Source of the DNA: Octopus bimaculoides
Taxonomy: Eukaryota
Reading direction: 5' to 3'
Length of the DNA stretch: 49,015 nt
Assembly: GCF_001194135.2 (NCBI RefSeq)
Contig: NC_068989.1
Span: forward strand, 72,526,214 to 72,575,228
Shown in pieces: positions 23,197 through 36,263 of the stretch. A model generated the notes under the pieces. The model was not told the DNA's origin, searched no databases, and saw nothing but the letters and a program-made list of their open reading frames with translations. Every line of letters starts with the position of its first letter. Position 1 is the stretch's first letter. A program made the translations under genes and the position numbers.

Positions 23197-24939
23197 ACTA
23201 AATGCATCAATACCCGCACTGGACAGGCCGGAGTCCAGATTTGTGACACGTACTGGGAGCTGTATTGTTTGGAGCATGGTATTCAGTCAAATGGCGAGTT
23301 ATCATATGCAGGATCTACTGGTGTAACTGTTTCGTCCAGCAAGTTCCTCCTTGACTTAGGCACTAGGAAACGTGTCCCCAGATCCATGCTCATCTATTTA
23401 GGACCCACGGTTGTTAGTAAGTATAAACGTTTCATATATTTTTCTTTACGTGATTAAATTAAACAACAAATTGACAACCCACGCATTTAATGTTTTGTTG
23501 AATCAGTCTTCGGTATTAACTTTTCTGTTGGAGAGTTCAGTCTTGTGCCCAGGTGAAGCAAAGGCTCTTTTTTTTTTTCTTTGATTGTTTGTCATATTCC
23601 CAAATATCGCTAGATAAATATTTTTTAGATATTGGAAACTATTTCAAAATTTTTACACAATAGAACTGATAACTACAGTAAAATGAGTTGACTTCAAAAT
23701 CAGTTAAATGTGTAGATTAGCTAAATTCTGTTGTAAATTTTTCCGTTATCTGAATGTAAGTAATGTTAGCAATATATTGTGTGGAATGGTCAAACAAAAC
23801 TACTGGGAAAGTCGGAACTGTTATTCGATTGAACTGAACAAAGCAAGTTATACTTAAAAATATTTAGTAATCTCTACATTTTTTCTCTTCTGATATAAGA
23901 ACAACCTTTCAATTGATATGGTGTAATTATTGCTCAATATCTTATTTTTCAGATGAAATACCAGATGGAAAATTTTACCCGGATCAAACCATCAGTAGTA
24001 AGATGCAGCAAATAACTATACCAGGGGTTACTACATTATTGAGAAAGCAATCGGTTTGGTGTGTGAGCAAATCCTGAATTGCTCCGGCCCTCGAGGCTTC
24101 TGGATTTTCCTGTTTCTGTGGCGGCACTAGTTCTGGTTTTGCATCTCTTTTGATGGAGATTTTGACTTAGGGGAAATAATATAAAAAAACTTAAATTTAC
24201 AGTTTGTCCAGCTCTACGAATTTGTAGAACCGTAAAATTCTATATTAGCTCCTATTCTAGAAGACGTTTAGATGTTGAGTACTCAACATACAAGAATTTG
24301 AATCGTCCAGTTGCTCAAATAGTGAGCTCCATTACTGCCTCTTTAAGGTTTGATGGGTCTCTTAATGTTAACTGAGTTTCAAACCAATTTACCTTGTCCA
24401 CGGATTCATTTCTCAATGCTTACGTATGCACCTACAATATCGGTTGAGAAAGTGTTCTATTAGCAGTTAAACGTTTCTGAAATAATAAACGCTTGTTTTG
24501 AACCCGGTAATCACATGGCTAAGTGTGACTCTCGCCATCGGAAGTCCATGGCTTGTCTGTTGAACCGAGGGGATGTCGTCTCGGAAGAGTTTAATGCTGC
24601 TATTGCAGCAATTAAAACGAAAAAAAAAATCCATCCAGTTTTTAAATTGGTGCCTAACAGGGTTTAAAATTGGTATCTCCGATTGTTGTCCCTGGTGGAG
24701 ACCTGGCTAAGGTTCAGCAGGCTGTCTGTATGCTGCGCAATACGACAACTTTTGCTGAAGCTTGGGCCCGTCTAAATTACAAATTTTACTTAATGTACGC
24801 CAAGCGAGATTTTGTTGACTATTATGTGGGTGAAGGAGAGTGCTCTGAAGCGCAGGAAGATTTGGCTGCGCTGGAGAAAGATTGTGGAAAAGTTGGTATT
24901 GATACGGCTGATGGCGACGAAGAGATTGAAGAATACTAA
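23197..24939 (+). pseudogene. TUBA: Unprocessed (intron-containing) alpha-tubulin pseudogene
   Basis: Exon 23197-23416: TTTCAG acceptor, GQAGVQI..YWELYCLEHGIQ...VPRSM..LGPTVV, donor A|GTAAGT. Exon 23953-24939: TTTTTCAG acceptor, [57 protein letters not shown]...EDLAALEKD...EEY*, with many frameshifts, stops and deletions. AATAAA at 25072-25077. The ATG-only first exon was not confidently located. Confidence 0.93.
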
Positions 24940-25289
24940 ATCTTATTACAAATGGGATGATATGTACACTACGCAATTACTTTCCGAAATATTGATTTTA
25001 AATTTTGGCACCAGGCCATACTTTTTGAAATATTGAAATCTCATTGTATTCCTTTTTTGTTGCATATTGAAAATAAATTAACTCAAAATAATTTTTTTCG
25101 AAGTTTTTAAATATTATCAAACCATTATTACATTCAAATCAGATATTTTTCTCATCTAAATTCATGACCAGGTTCTGTCTCCGTATGTGAAGCAGTTGCA
25201 TGGCTAATGAATAGTGTCAAGTATCCAGATGGAGAGAACAAATTTTGTTAGTCAACGTTACTAGTTATTTTGGTGTAAGGCGAGAAAGT

Positions 25290-25605
25290 CTGAAAGGATA
25301 GGTAAGTCGATTAGATGAACCCCAGTAGCCCAACTGGTACTTATTTCATCAACCCTGAACGACAGCCGACCTCGGTGGTGATTGAACTTACAACGTAAAG
25401 ATGAAAATGCTAAGCATTTTGTCCGGTGCAGTTACAAGTCTCCTGGCTCTCCGCCTTGAATAATTCTTTCTACTACAGGCACAAAGTCTGAAATTATGGC
25501 CGAGGGCGGGCTAGTCGATTACATTGGCACCAACGATGAAGTGGTACTTATATTTATCGACCCCGAAAAAGATGAAAGGCAAAGTCGACATTTGCAGAAA
25601 CTTAA
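25290..25605 (-). mobile_element. Two tandem SINE family A copies
   Basis: 25290-25460 runs to the head (CTGGCTCTCCGCCTT); 25461-25605 is the 3' half of a second copy. Confidence 0.75.
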
Positions 25606-25640
25606 GGAAGAAAATAAGTTGTTCTAGAATACCAATAATT

Positions 25641-25836
25641 AAGGCAGCGAGCTGGCAGAAACGTTAGCACGCTGGGCGAAATGTTTAGCGGTATTTCGTC
25701 TGTCTTTAGGTTCTGAGTTCAAATTTCACCGAGGTCGACTTTTCCTTTCATCCTTTTCGGGTCGATAAATTAAGTACCAGTTGCGTACTGGCCCCCTCCC
25801 CCAAAATTTCGGGCCTTGTACCTAGAGTAGAAAATT
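25641..25836 (+). mobile_element. SINE family A, complete
   Basis: AAGGCAGCGAGCTGGCAGAAACGTTAGC...GAGTTCAAATTTCACCGAGGTCGAC...GGGCCTTGTACCTAGAGTAGAAAA. Confidence 0.88.
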
Positions 25837-26480
25837 ATAGTACTAATAAGTTTAACCATCGAATAATGTTAAGGATGTTATACACACGCACACATGCCTC
25901 TATTTTACATTATAGAAAAGCAGCCGAATCTAGTTAATGAGTGTTAAAATAAACAAGGTTAGAAGCGAAAGCACGAAAAAATTAGGTGGTTGTCGATGCA
26001 ATGAATGATAGTTGCGTTGGGTTTTTTCTCTTTTCTGTTTACGGTATTTATATGGTAAATTATACGTGTGTTAGTATTATATACAAATTTAAGAAAAAAA
26101 AAAAGACTAAAATGATTAGAACTTTATTATGGAAAAATAGAAGTATGTACCGGTTATTTTAGACGACCTCTTGATGCTGGAATAAAATGGAAAGAAAAAC
26201 TGAATTCACCTTAACTTCCATATCAGTTGTGGAAGTTCATTTTTCATAGATTGTTGTATTTTTTTGTCGTGTGTTTCTTTTTTTAGAGGGTACCTCTAAG
26301 AACATGAAGCTATAAATAGCGTGTAAATATTTGATTAAAAAACAATTTGGATAGAAAAAGTAGAAGGTTAAGAATGGCGTTTGATTCGATCAATTCATAT
26401 TATATAATGGATAAAGGCGTCAGTTTACTGTGGGAACAGAGTTGCTTCCAGTGAAGGACATAGTGATTGATTAGAGTAAG

Positions 26481-26865
26481 TAAGGCAGCAACCTGGCAGA
26501 ATTGTTAGCATTCGAACAAAATGCTTAGCGGCATTTCGTTTGCTATTACCTTCTGAGTTGGAATTCCGCCGAGGTCGACTTTGTCTATCATCTTTTCGGG
26601 GTCAATGAAGTCAGTACGACTTGAACATTGGTGTCGAAGTAATCGAGTGGCTCTCTCTGCCTTAATTTCAGACCTTTTGTCTGTTAGGAATCATTTAAAA
26701 TTGTTCGTCTTTATGTTCTGAGTTGAACTCAAATTCCACCGAGGCTGACTTTGTCTTTCATCCTTTAGGAGTCAATGAAATAAGTACCAGTTGAGCATTG
26801 GAGGAAGTAGTGTCAATGTAGTCTACTAGACTCTCCGAAAATTTTAGGTATAGTAGAAAAGATTA
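26481..26865 (+). mobile_element. Two tandem SINE family A copies
   Basis: 26481-26690 has a head; 26700-26865 starts at the B-box region. Confidence 0.8.
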
Positions 26866-28337
26866 TCAAAGTATGCCAGCGTTCATTCTGTTTAAACTTC
26901 CTTGAACGCAATGAACAATCCGAGAAGTGTCGTACATCTAAAGTACCATCTCGATCTTTGAAGTGGATTATTTTAATTTCAAGATGACTAACCTACATTG
27001 CAGAAAAAAAAAAGACCTCACTTTCTCTTAATTGCCGAAGGTTTTTTTTTTTTTTTCCTTGGAATTCCTCACTGGATAAGCTTGTCAGTGTTTCAGTGAT
27101 TTTTTTATCATGTCTCTCTTCGCATTGGCAGTATAAGAGCTGGACTATCGGAGTATTTTAGAATATTCAAACATTAGCACTTGCAATAGTCTGTTTTTTT
27201 TTCTCAAGTGGAGGAGCGCGTAAGACTTGACAGTTTTCAGTATTGTTTTTCTACAAAAGTTTTATACTCTCCAGACTCAGTTAGCTAAATAATCGCATCG
27301 ATCAACTAGCAGATGAGTTTCAATTTGCACCAAAGTTGGCTTTTGAGGAAGTTATTTTTCGAGAATTCTGAGCGGGAAGCTCTTTTGTATTGAAAGCTCA
27401 GTTTGATATATCCATATGAGTGTGTGTGTATTTATAATCTCGTTTAATGAATAACAAAAGAACAAGTTACGTAGTCACTTTCATTAGTTTGTAGCTGTCT
27501 CTTCTATGAGGATTACACTCAATTGAAACTGGGACGGCACGAATGAAGAAAAATGACCGATTTTACTTTTAACATACCACGATATAGGTTGAAAGTATTC
27601 ACTAATAAAACGGGCAGTAACGAGTTGCTCTACTATAACTAAAAGTAGTGTGATATGTTGCAAAGAGCAACATTAAAACGAAATTGTACCAATAGAACTG
27701 GGATCAATACCTTCATAAATGTATCGCTGCAAATTTTAATAAAGCAATACGCATCACTAGGAAAGTACTCAATATTTTCTAGGAGGGGTATTAAACTGCA
27801 ATTATACATCATAGCATTGGTTAACTCGGGCGATCGGTTAAAATGGACGACCACACCACCTGTTCTAAAGGTAAAAATGCATTGTATGTGTACACCCCGC
27901 TTATGTGTTTGTGTGTCTCTCTATCTCATAAAATTTCAATGAAGAATGAAAAGCAGTGCTAAACATTATCGATCGCACATGCTGAATGTATGTGTCATGT
28001 TTGTCCGCCGGGTTCGCTGCAGTATAGTGCTTGGGGACTACTCCCTCAACGCGTTGTGCACTATATACAGCAGCAACCTCATTGAACCAAAAAAAAAAAA
28101 CATACGCTGAGTACATGCGATCAATAATTCACCGCCATGCCAAAGCAAGGTATACCGGCAAATACAAGGTGGTTGTGCGCTAAGTATATGTGGCTGATAA
28201 TGTTTTATTATATTAGCGCTGCTTCTATTTTATAGTTGAATTCATTCTTACGTATGCATTGTCCAGGCATATCCGCATACAGTTTGAACATTACATGCAT
28301 ATAAGCCGTGGATTTCCAACATCACGTTCTCCGGTTT

Positions 28338-28345
28338 TCTTTCTG

Positions 28346-28381
<36 letters not shown>

Positions 28382-28437
28382 TTTTTCTGTCTTTCTTTCT
28401 TTCTTTTTTTCTTTCTGTCTTTCTTTCTTTCTGCCTG

Positions 28438-28476
<39 letters not shown>

Positions 28477-28850
28477 ATTTACCTGGCTTACTCTCACATA
28501 TATACTCTTCTCTGTATCTTTATTTCTCTTTCCTTTCCTCTCTGCCTTACACTCTGTTCCTTTCTATCTAACTCTCTCTTCCCCTCTACCTCAGTCCCTC
28601 TCTCTATCCTCCTAACTCTACTCTCTGCTCCATAACTCTCTCCCTCTCTCCTTAACATTCTATTTCTCGTCCAAACTCTATCCTAGATAGCTCTTTCTTC
28701 GCTGCCTTTCTCCTTCTCTAACTCTGTCCCTCTTTACTTCTTTCCCTCTTTACCTCTCTCCCTCTACTTAACTCTCACTCTATCTCACTGTCACACTATA
28801 TGACGTAATCAATCCCACTCATTCTCTCTCTCTCCTTTTCCATATATTTT
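28338..28850. repeat. (CTTT)n array and CT-rich polypyrimidine tract
   Basis: Direct reading. Confidence 0.9.
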
Positions 28851-29074
28851 TCAGTGTCATTCAATGTCAAGGTTGACCTTCTAACCAATGAAAACAAAAA
28901 AACATTGAAAATACCAGCGACATTGAATACTTTCTTCTGCGTTCCACCCACCCCACATCACCAATCCACCCTTTCGTCAATTTAATTCCAGCTATCGTCG
29001 CTGCTATTGACACCATTATTAAACTCTCCGGATCACGCATCTTACACACATATACCATCAGAGATAGACAGACA

Positions 29075-29956
29075 GAACACACGCACGCATACACTCACTC
29101 AGTCACTCACTTTCATACACACATACATATACAAATAAACAACACACATATACAGACAATACGCGCGCACATACATGCACGCACCATGTATATATACACA
29201 TACGAACTCCAGATTACACATATATACCGTCAGGGATAGATAAATATAACACATGCACACACATACACATACACATACGCACACGCACGCAGACACACAC
29301 TTGCTTACTCTCTCATATACACACATAAATAACACACATACACAGACAAAACGCACGCACATATACGCACACACCATATATACATACATATATATATATA
29401 TATATTTACATACATACACGTACGCATATAAATAAACATATACAAGACAATCACAAACACATAACGCATAGAGATTACGTGCACGCACACACACACATAC
29501 GAAATCATACATCGGACGCACATGTACACAAATAACACACATACTTACACGTACAATTCACACAAACATATACACTCGCAGAGATACATCAGACACATAT
29601 ATACACAAATAACACGCACACACGCACGCGCGCACACATGATAGGCATATAAATACTAACACACTTCAGACGTACATTTGCACAAATAATATACGTGCAT
29701 ACAAAACAATTCGCAGACACAGACATACACACATACATACACACATGCATACATACGGACAGAAACACTTCATCAGACGCAAGTGTGTACAAATAACATG
29801 CACATGTATAATAGGCGTATACGCACACGAAAACGTGGTCGTACACGTACACATGCACAAACATACATGCATATCAGAAACACACCTACATACACAAACA
29901 TCATAAACATACGTCACCACGCATCAAAACCTGGGAAGAAAGCAAATTCGTACACA

Positions 29957-29988
<32 letters not shown>

Positions 29989-30230
29989 CACACACACACA
30001 CACACACAGACCCCCCCCCACACACACGTTCACAAACTATTGCCATCACCAAACACTGCTTTCACCACCTGAACGAATTCAGTATCAAATACATCACAAA
30101 TCCATACTAATTCCACCACCACCACCACCACCACCACCAAACTAACCATTATCACTGCTAGCACAGCAACGACAACCACCATCACCAGTACAACGACGGC
30201 GTTTACCACCATCAACAGTAACAACTCAAT
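29075..30230. repeat. Degenerate (AC/AT) cryptic simple repeat grading into (GACA)n, (CA)n and (CCA)n
   Basis: Direct reading; the plus strand is strongly A/C-rich for more than 1 kb. Confidence 0.85.
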
Positions 30231-30788
30231 TAAATCTGTGCCTCACCAACCAGTCCCCCATCTCTTCACCCCACCCTCATTTTCGTTAATGTTACTTTTA
30301 TGTCAGATCCTATTTGACAGACGTAAAGGAAAGTTTAAAAGAAATAAAAACGAAACAAAAACTAAAAGTAAAACGATTAAAAACAATCACTTAAACAAAC
30401 AAACAAAACAACCAAGATATCAGTCCGGGTTGTTTTGGAGGTCGCCATTTTGTTTCATGTCACACAATTTGAAATAATGCTTGCTGCTAAACTCTAAAAG
30501 AAATTGTTTTCATTAATGTTTAATATTGTAATGGTGTTGGTGTTGGTGGTCGTGTTTCATGACGATGTTGAAGATAATGGTGGGTATGTCTCAGTGGTAT
30601 TTTGGTAATTTTGTTATTTGGTTGTCTGATTATATGGTCCGTTGGAAGTTTGATTGGTGGCTTTTGTGGGTCAGTAGGACGATATTGCAAGAACGGTTTT
30701 CATTACTTGGTTGTAAGATGGGTGTGTCGTATATAGCCAGTTCGCTTGGCGAGTAAGAAAGACAAACGGACAGACAGAGAGACAGACG

Positions 30789-30849
<61 letters not shown>

Positions 30850-31361
30850 CTAAAGATATTTTGGTTAGTTGCTTGATCACTTGGATTGTAGATCAACCAG
30901 ACAGATTGTAAGTTAGATGAATAGATAAATAGGCTGGTAGATAGCTAGCTAGCTGGCTAGCTAGACAGATAAATAGATGTTGTTAGTTGTCGCTAAAGCT
31001 AAATTGTCATTGAATAGTTGGTTGCAATATATTTTGAGGAAAACAGTAAATTTTTCAGTCACCTTTAGAAGCAATACCTGGATACATTGTCAGTATTGTA
31101 TCCTGAAGTAAGTGGGTACGTTGGTTCTTACAACATAAACCCTCATCCAAACAACCCGACCAAGGTAAATGAAGCCTAAGTCTGCTCTGAATTGTCATTG
31201 TCTTCATCTTAACGGTCACCTTTTTTCAACCAGAGCAATCTAGACGTGAAGTCTAAGTTGTTTCTGAATTATTTTCTCCTACTCATTCCTTTACTGCCCA
31301 GTGTTCCATTGGCCTACTGAGAGAATGGTAGATGCAAAATTCATGGCCAAGGGTAGTAAAC

Positions 31362-31537
31362 AATACAGTTCTATATCTAAGAGATGAGGAATTATGTACA
31401 TTATTTACATTTGACGGATATTTGTCTTCATCTTGTTTGTTGTTGACACAACGTTTCGGCTGATATACCCTCCAGCCTTCATCAGGTGTCTTGAAGAAAT
31501 TTCGAGCCTGGGTTCTCATTCCTAAGGTATTTTTCGA

Positions 31538-31540
<3 letters not shown>
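31362..31540 (-). mobile_element. Hammerhead-bearing short repeat, family H3, left copy
   Basis: Reverse complement matches 31665-31797; the 5' end abuts (TTA)n. Confidence 0.8.
31445..31490 (-). ncRNA. Minimal type I hammerhead ribozyme
   Basis: GACAC-CUGAUGA-A-GGCUG-GAGGGUAUAU-CAGCC-GAA-ACGU-U-GUGUC. Stem I 5/5, stem II 5/5, canonical core, palindromic ACGU stem III, GUU triplet. Confidence 0.8.
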
Positions 31541-31585
<45 letters not shown>

Positions 31586-31589
31586 GTGA

Positions 31590-31657
<68 letters not shown>

Positions 31658-31664
31658 GTAACAA

Positions 31665-31797
31665 CAACATAGAAAAATACCCAGGTTCAAAATTTCCCCA
31701 AGACAGCTGAGGAAGGTTGGAGGGTGTATCAGCCGAAACGTTGTGTCGACAACAAATAAGATGAGGACAAATATCCGTCAAATGTAAATAATGTAAA
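31665..31797 (+). mobile_element. Hammerhead-bearing short repeat, family H3, right copy
   Basis: Inverted copy of 31395-31540 with a 15-nt deletion near its 5' end; preceded by (TAA)n. Confidence 0.8.
31702..31747 (+). ncRNA. Minimal type I hammerhead ribozyme (one stem I mismatch)
   Basis: GACAG-CUGAGGA-A-GGUUG-GAGGGUGUAU-CAGCC-GAA-ACGU-U-GUGUC. Core intact (N7=G), stem II with one G-U pair, G/G mismatch next to the core in stem I. Confidence 0.65.
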
Positions 31798-32884
31798 GGT
31801 AGTAAAGTTCTGCATAATAACTTATTCGAACTGATGGGAGAAAAATACCCATCCGGTCGTTTAATTTTTTTAGCTGAACTTATTTTGTTGCAAGAATTTG
31901 GACTAGGTCTCTGAAGTGAGGATAATTTGATGTCTTAACGCCATACTCCTTACAACAGAAATCCTGTCATGGCTTCACTCTATATTTCCTCGTACAAAAC
32001 ATGGAAGCTCTTTCATTCCTCGTCTGACTAAGCTAAATATAAAGGATATAATGCTGTTTCATAACGAAATAAAGGTCACGAAATGAGATTCACAAGAAGT
32101 TACAAGAAGGAGGTATTCATTGGTGTTCGGTAAACTCATCGCCTGTAATTTTTATCATCTATTAATTTCATTGCAAATTAATATCCTAAATCAATGCATC
32201 ATGGGTAAATTCATCATCATACTTTTTATCCGCTGAGTAAATACTCGGTTTTACTTTGCAGAGTAAAGAAACCCCATTTTATTAACGATGAAAAAAAGTA
32301 TATCTTATTCGCTGTATATATGCAATAAAAAGTTGATTTTAAAAACACGATTGCAAAGAAAAAAAAAAATTTGTAGGAAAGAAACAAAACAAAAAACTGA
32401 AAAGAGGACTTCGTAGCAATATCTCCATGTTTTATTTGCGATGCGTGTACATCTTCATCGGTGAGATGCTGTTCAATTATTATTTTGTTTCTAGATGTTT
32501 CTTAAAGATTTCTTTAAAATTTACAAATAATAATTTGGGATATTTTTCTTTGAATCTCCTTTTACGTACAATTGCGATGTAAGCTTGTACACTGCAAAAA
32601 AAAAAAAAAAAACTTTAAATAATCGTTAATGATGTGTTTGCTTTGCTTATAAAAAAAACATGACAAGGATTTACTGACGATATATTGAACTGAGATATAA
32701 TTATTACCGTACAATAAAATTAACAGGTGTTGAGCTTCCAGGTACTGCATTTGCATTGACGTAACTTACAATGAATGAATTTACAGCGAACCGTATTAAT
32801 TCATTAGAGTATATGCATATGTACGGATATATTTGACTCCACGACATTCTTCTTTTTAAAGGCAAGTACTTATTCTATCGTTCC

Positions 32885-33281
<397 letters not shown>

Positions 33282-33804
33282 AATATAGCACCTGTAATTT
33301 TATCACCTAATAATTTCATCGCAAGGTAATTTATATCGCAATTCAGTCCATCGCCACCAAATTCATATCAGCCAAGTAAATACATCACTAGATAATTTAA
33401 GTTTCTATAAGTCTACAGTCGGTGTCGAAGCTGAGTATTCTAGGGGTTCAATCAAAAGAACAATTCTGTCATTGAAATATAAGAGTGAGTAGAGAAGTGT
33501 TTGTGGAACAAACACACAACACCATCTTCAACATCATGTTCGGGCAATATCATTGGAAAATGACTGCCGTTTACATCACAGGTTCACAGTGTTTGACAGG
33601 CTTCCATACAACGTCTGTTAATCAAACATTACACTTAAGATTTGGGTAAACCCGAAGATTTTCGCACAATGGAATCAAGCCCTGGATTTTAACGAAGCAA
33701 ACTTCTTGGACATTTGACCATGCGTATATGTATTCGTGTACACACACACACACACACATCTTACCCATCCACCAAAACTGCTGACCTTGTGACAAAATTT
33801 GAAA

Positions 33805-33932
<128 letters not shown>

Positions 33933-33949
33933 AATATATAAACGTGAAA

Positions 33950-34080
33950 TAAACGTGAAATAAAGTTTCTTGCTCAGGAACAAAGTGTCTTGCTTAAGAA
34001 ATAAAGTGTCTTGCTCAGGTATTGAACTCACGACCTTACGTGAGCCGAATGCCCTAACCACTAAACCACATGCCTTCACA
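33950..34080 (-). mobile_element. SINE family D, 5' fragment with a short internal tandem duplication
   Basis: TTGCTCAGG...ATTGAACTCACGACCTTACG...CCCTAACCACTAAACCACATGCC; AAAGTGTCTTGCT is repeated. Confidence 0.65.
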
Positions 34081-34789
34081 CATATATGTATATATAGCAC
34101 GTGTCTCCTACAGTTTTATATACTTAGTATCATATTTTGGTAGGATGAAGAAATATATGGTTAATAAAATGGTCCACCCAAGTTGGAATAGGTGTACTAA
34201 TTATATAATAAACTATGACAAATATATAAAAGAGATTAAGTTTCCAAATTAGGATAATATTAAGCCAAACCCGTCCCCCACGCATCCGCACTTATTAAGT
34301 TTCTTGACTTCTGATAATGTGTACGTTAAAATGATTTGCACGCTGACACGCGACATCATGGGAAATATACATCACAGTATACAATTATAAGTAGGCTCAT
34401 AGGTGTGTATAGTATAGTTTAAGAAGATATCTGGTATCAATATACACACTTACATACATAGATACATACATACATAATACACACACACACACATATGAAT
34501 TGTAAATTAACGGTGAAGATAGAGATAGGTAACTCTAGACTCTTTTTTTTCGTTGAGTTTATTTGTAGTCTTGTCTTGGGATTCCAAACTCCAAATGGAA
34601 TGGTAGGAGTGCCACCGTGACACACGGTGTGCCTTGTGAATTTTTAAATTTGACGAAGCCCAATCCCCTTCAGCTGTATCCTCAGCTGATTTCTTCCAGA
34701 ATGAAAGGAAGAAAAAGCTCGAGCGTGGGAGAAAGAGACAGAGAGAAGAATCTACCTATGCGCTAGTTTGGTAGTTTAAAATACCTATA

Positions 34790-34890
34790 CGGGAAAGATA
34801 AAGTCGACTTCGTTGGGATTTGAACTCAAAACATGGAAAAGAATTCTATTACGCATGACACTCGACGCTCTAACGATTCCACCACTCGTA
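34790..34890 (-). mobile_element. SINE family A fragment
   Basis: AAAGATAAAGTCGACTTCGTTGGGATTTGAACTC...CTCTAACGATTCCACCACTCG. Confidence 0.55.
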
Positions 34891-35375
34891 GTTTATTATA
34901 TGCGAATATACTTTTAACAAACCACTCTGCTGTTTATTGTTTATAAATATAAATGTAAAATAAATGTAAATATAAAATATATATTGTGTGAGTGTGTGTG
35001 TTTAATATGTGCGCATTCGTGTTTGTGTATATGTGTGAGAGGTGTTTACATAGATATTGCAAACTGCCATACAGATAGTTTGTTTTTTTGCTCCACGCAT
35101 ATTCATGTCTTTCTCAGAAAACCTATTTAAACCTGCAAATTCATCATATCTTGGTCAATGTTTTTTCTCGCTCATTCATTACGTCCCGTCTTTTCGATTT
35201 AATAATTGTTTACACACACCTTTTGTTTAGCTATGCCAAATTTTATCTTACATCATTAGCTTTGCTTTTCCTATCTTTTATTTTTCTTTTGCTTTCACTA
35301 AATTAATACCACAGACTAGATTCTAATTTTAAAATATCTTACATAAGACGTATTTTATCAAATGTGCTTTATCAG

Positions 35376-35415
<40 letters not shown>

Positions 35416-36165
35416 GTATATGTATAAATTTAAATATTTCTATCTCTTACTATGCAGTGTTGCATTTATATAGCGGATATGAGCCAACTGTTTGTGTTGC
35501 ATTTTCCGCCATTTTGTTTTTAATTTCTCGCCCCCGTCGGTTCATTGTTTTCCTGTGAATCAATCATTACTACAATGTCAACGTAAACACATCATTGCAA
35601 CGCCTCCCACATGTAAATATTGACATGTGGTATTGCATGTTGAATGTTTCAATCAGCAAGATCACAGGAGTTTGGGAATTCCAACGAAAGATTGTGCGAA
35701 AGGGATAAATAAACAGAAAGATGGATAAGTAGGTAGGTAGGTAGGTAGCCAGGCAGGTAAATAGGTAAGTAGGTAGGTAGGTAGAGAGAGAGGAGAGAAA
35801 GAGAGGGGAGGAGAGAGTGAGAGTGGGAAAGGTATAGATATCGAGATACACTGATATATATATNNNNNNNNNNNNNNNNNNNNNNNNNNNNNNNNNNNNN
35901 NNNNNNNNNNNNNNNNNNNNNNNNNNNNNNNNNNNNNNNNNNNNNNNNNNNNNNNNNNNNNNNNNNNNNNNNNNNNNNNNNNNNNNNNNNNNNNNNNNNN
36001 NNNNNNNNNNNNNNNNNNNNNNNNATTGAGCGAGGGAGGAACAAAAGTGGAGAGAGTAAGTATGATAAAGAAAGAAAGAGAGAGAGTTGAGAGAAAGACA
36101 AATAAACTTGATAAGAAGTGGGTGTAGGAGATTGTGCAAGTGAAACAGAGCAGGTGCTAATTATA

Positions 36166-36262
<97 letters not shown>
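36166..36262. repeat. (TAC)n(TAG)n self-complementary microsatellite
   Basis: Direct reading; centre ACTAGT at about 36193-36198. Confidence 0.9.

Positions 36263-36263
<1 letters not shown>

Noticed and set aside
30370-30455. Minus-strand AAAATGGCG start giving MATSKTTRTDILVVLFVCLSDCF*
   Set aside because: The hydrophobic stretch comes from an (AAAC)n repeat and there is no good donor site.
31059-31107. Possible 49-nt exon (TTTTTCAG ... GAA|GTAAGT)
   Set aside because: Splice-like ends alone are common by chance; no recognisable peptide or partner exons.
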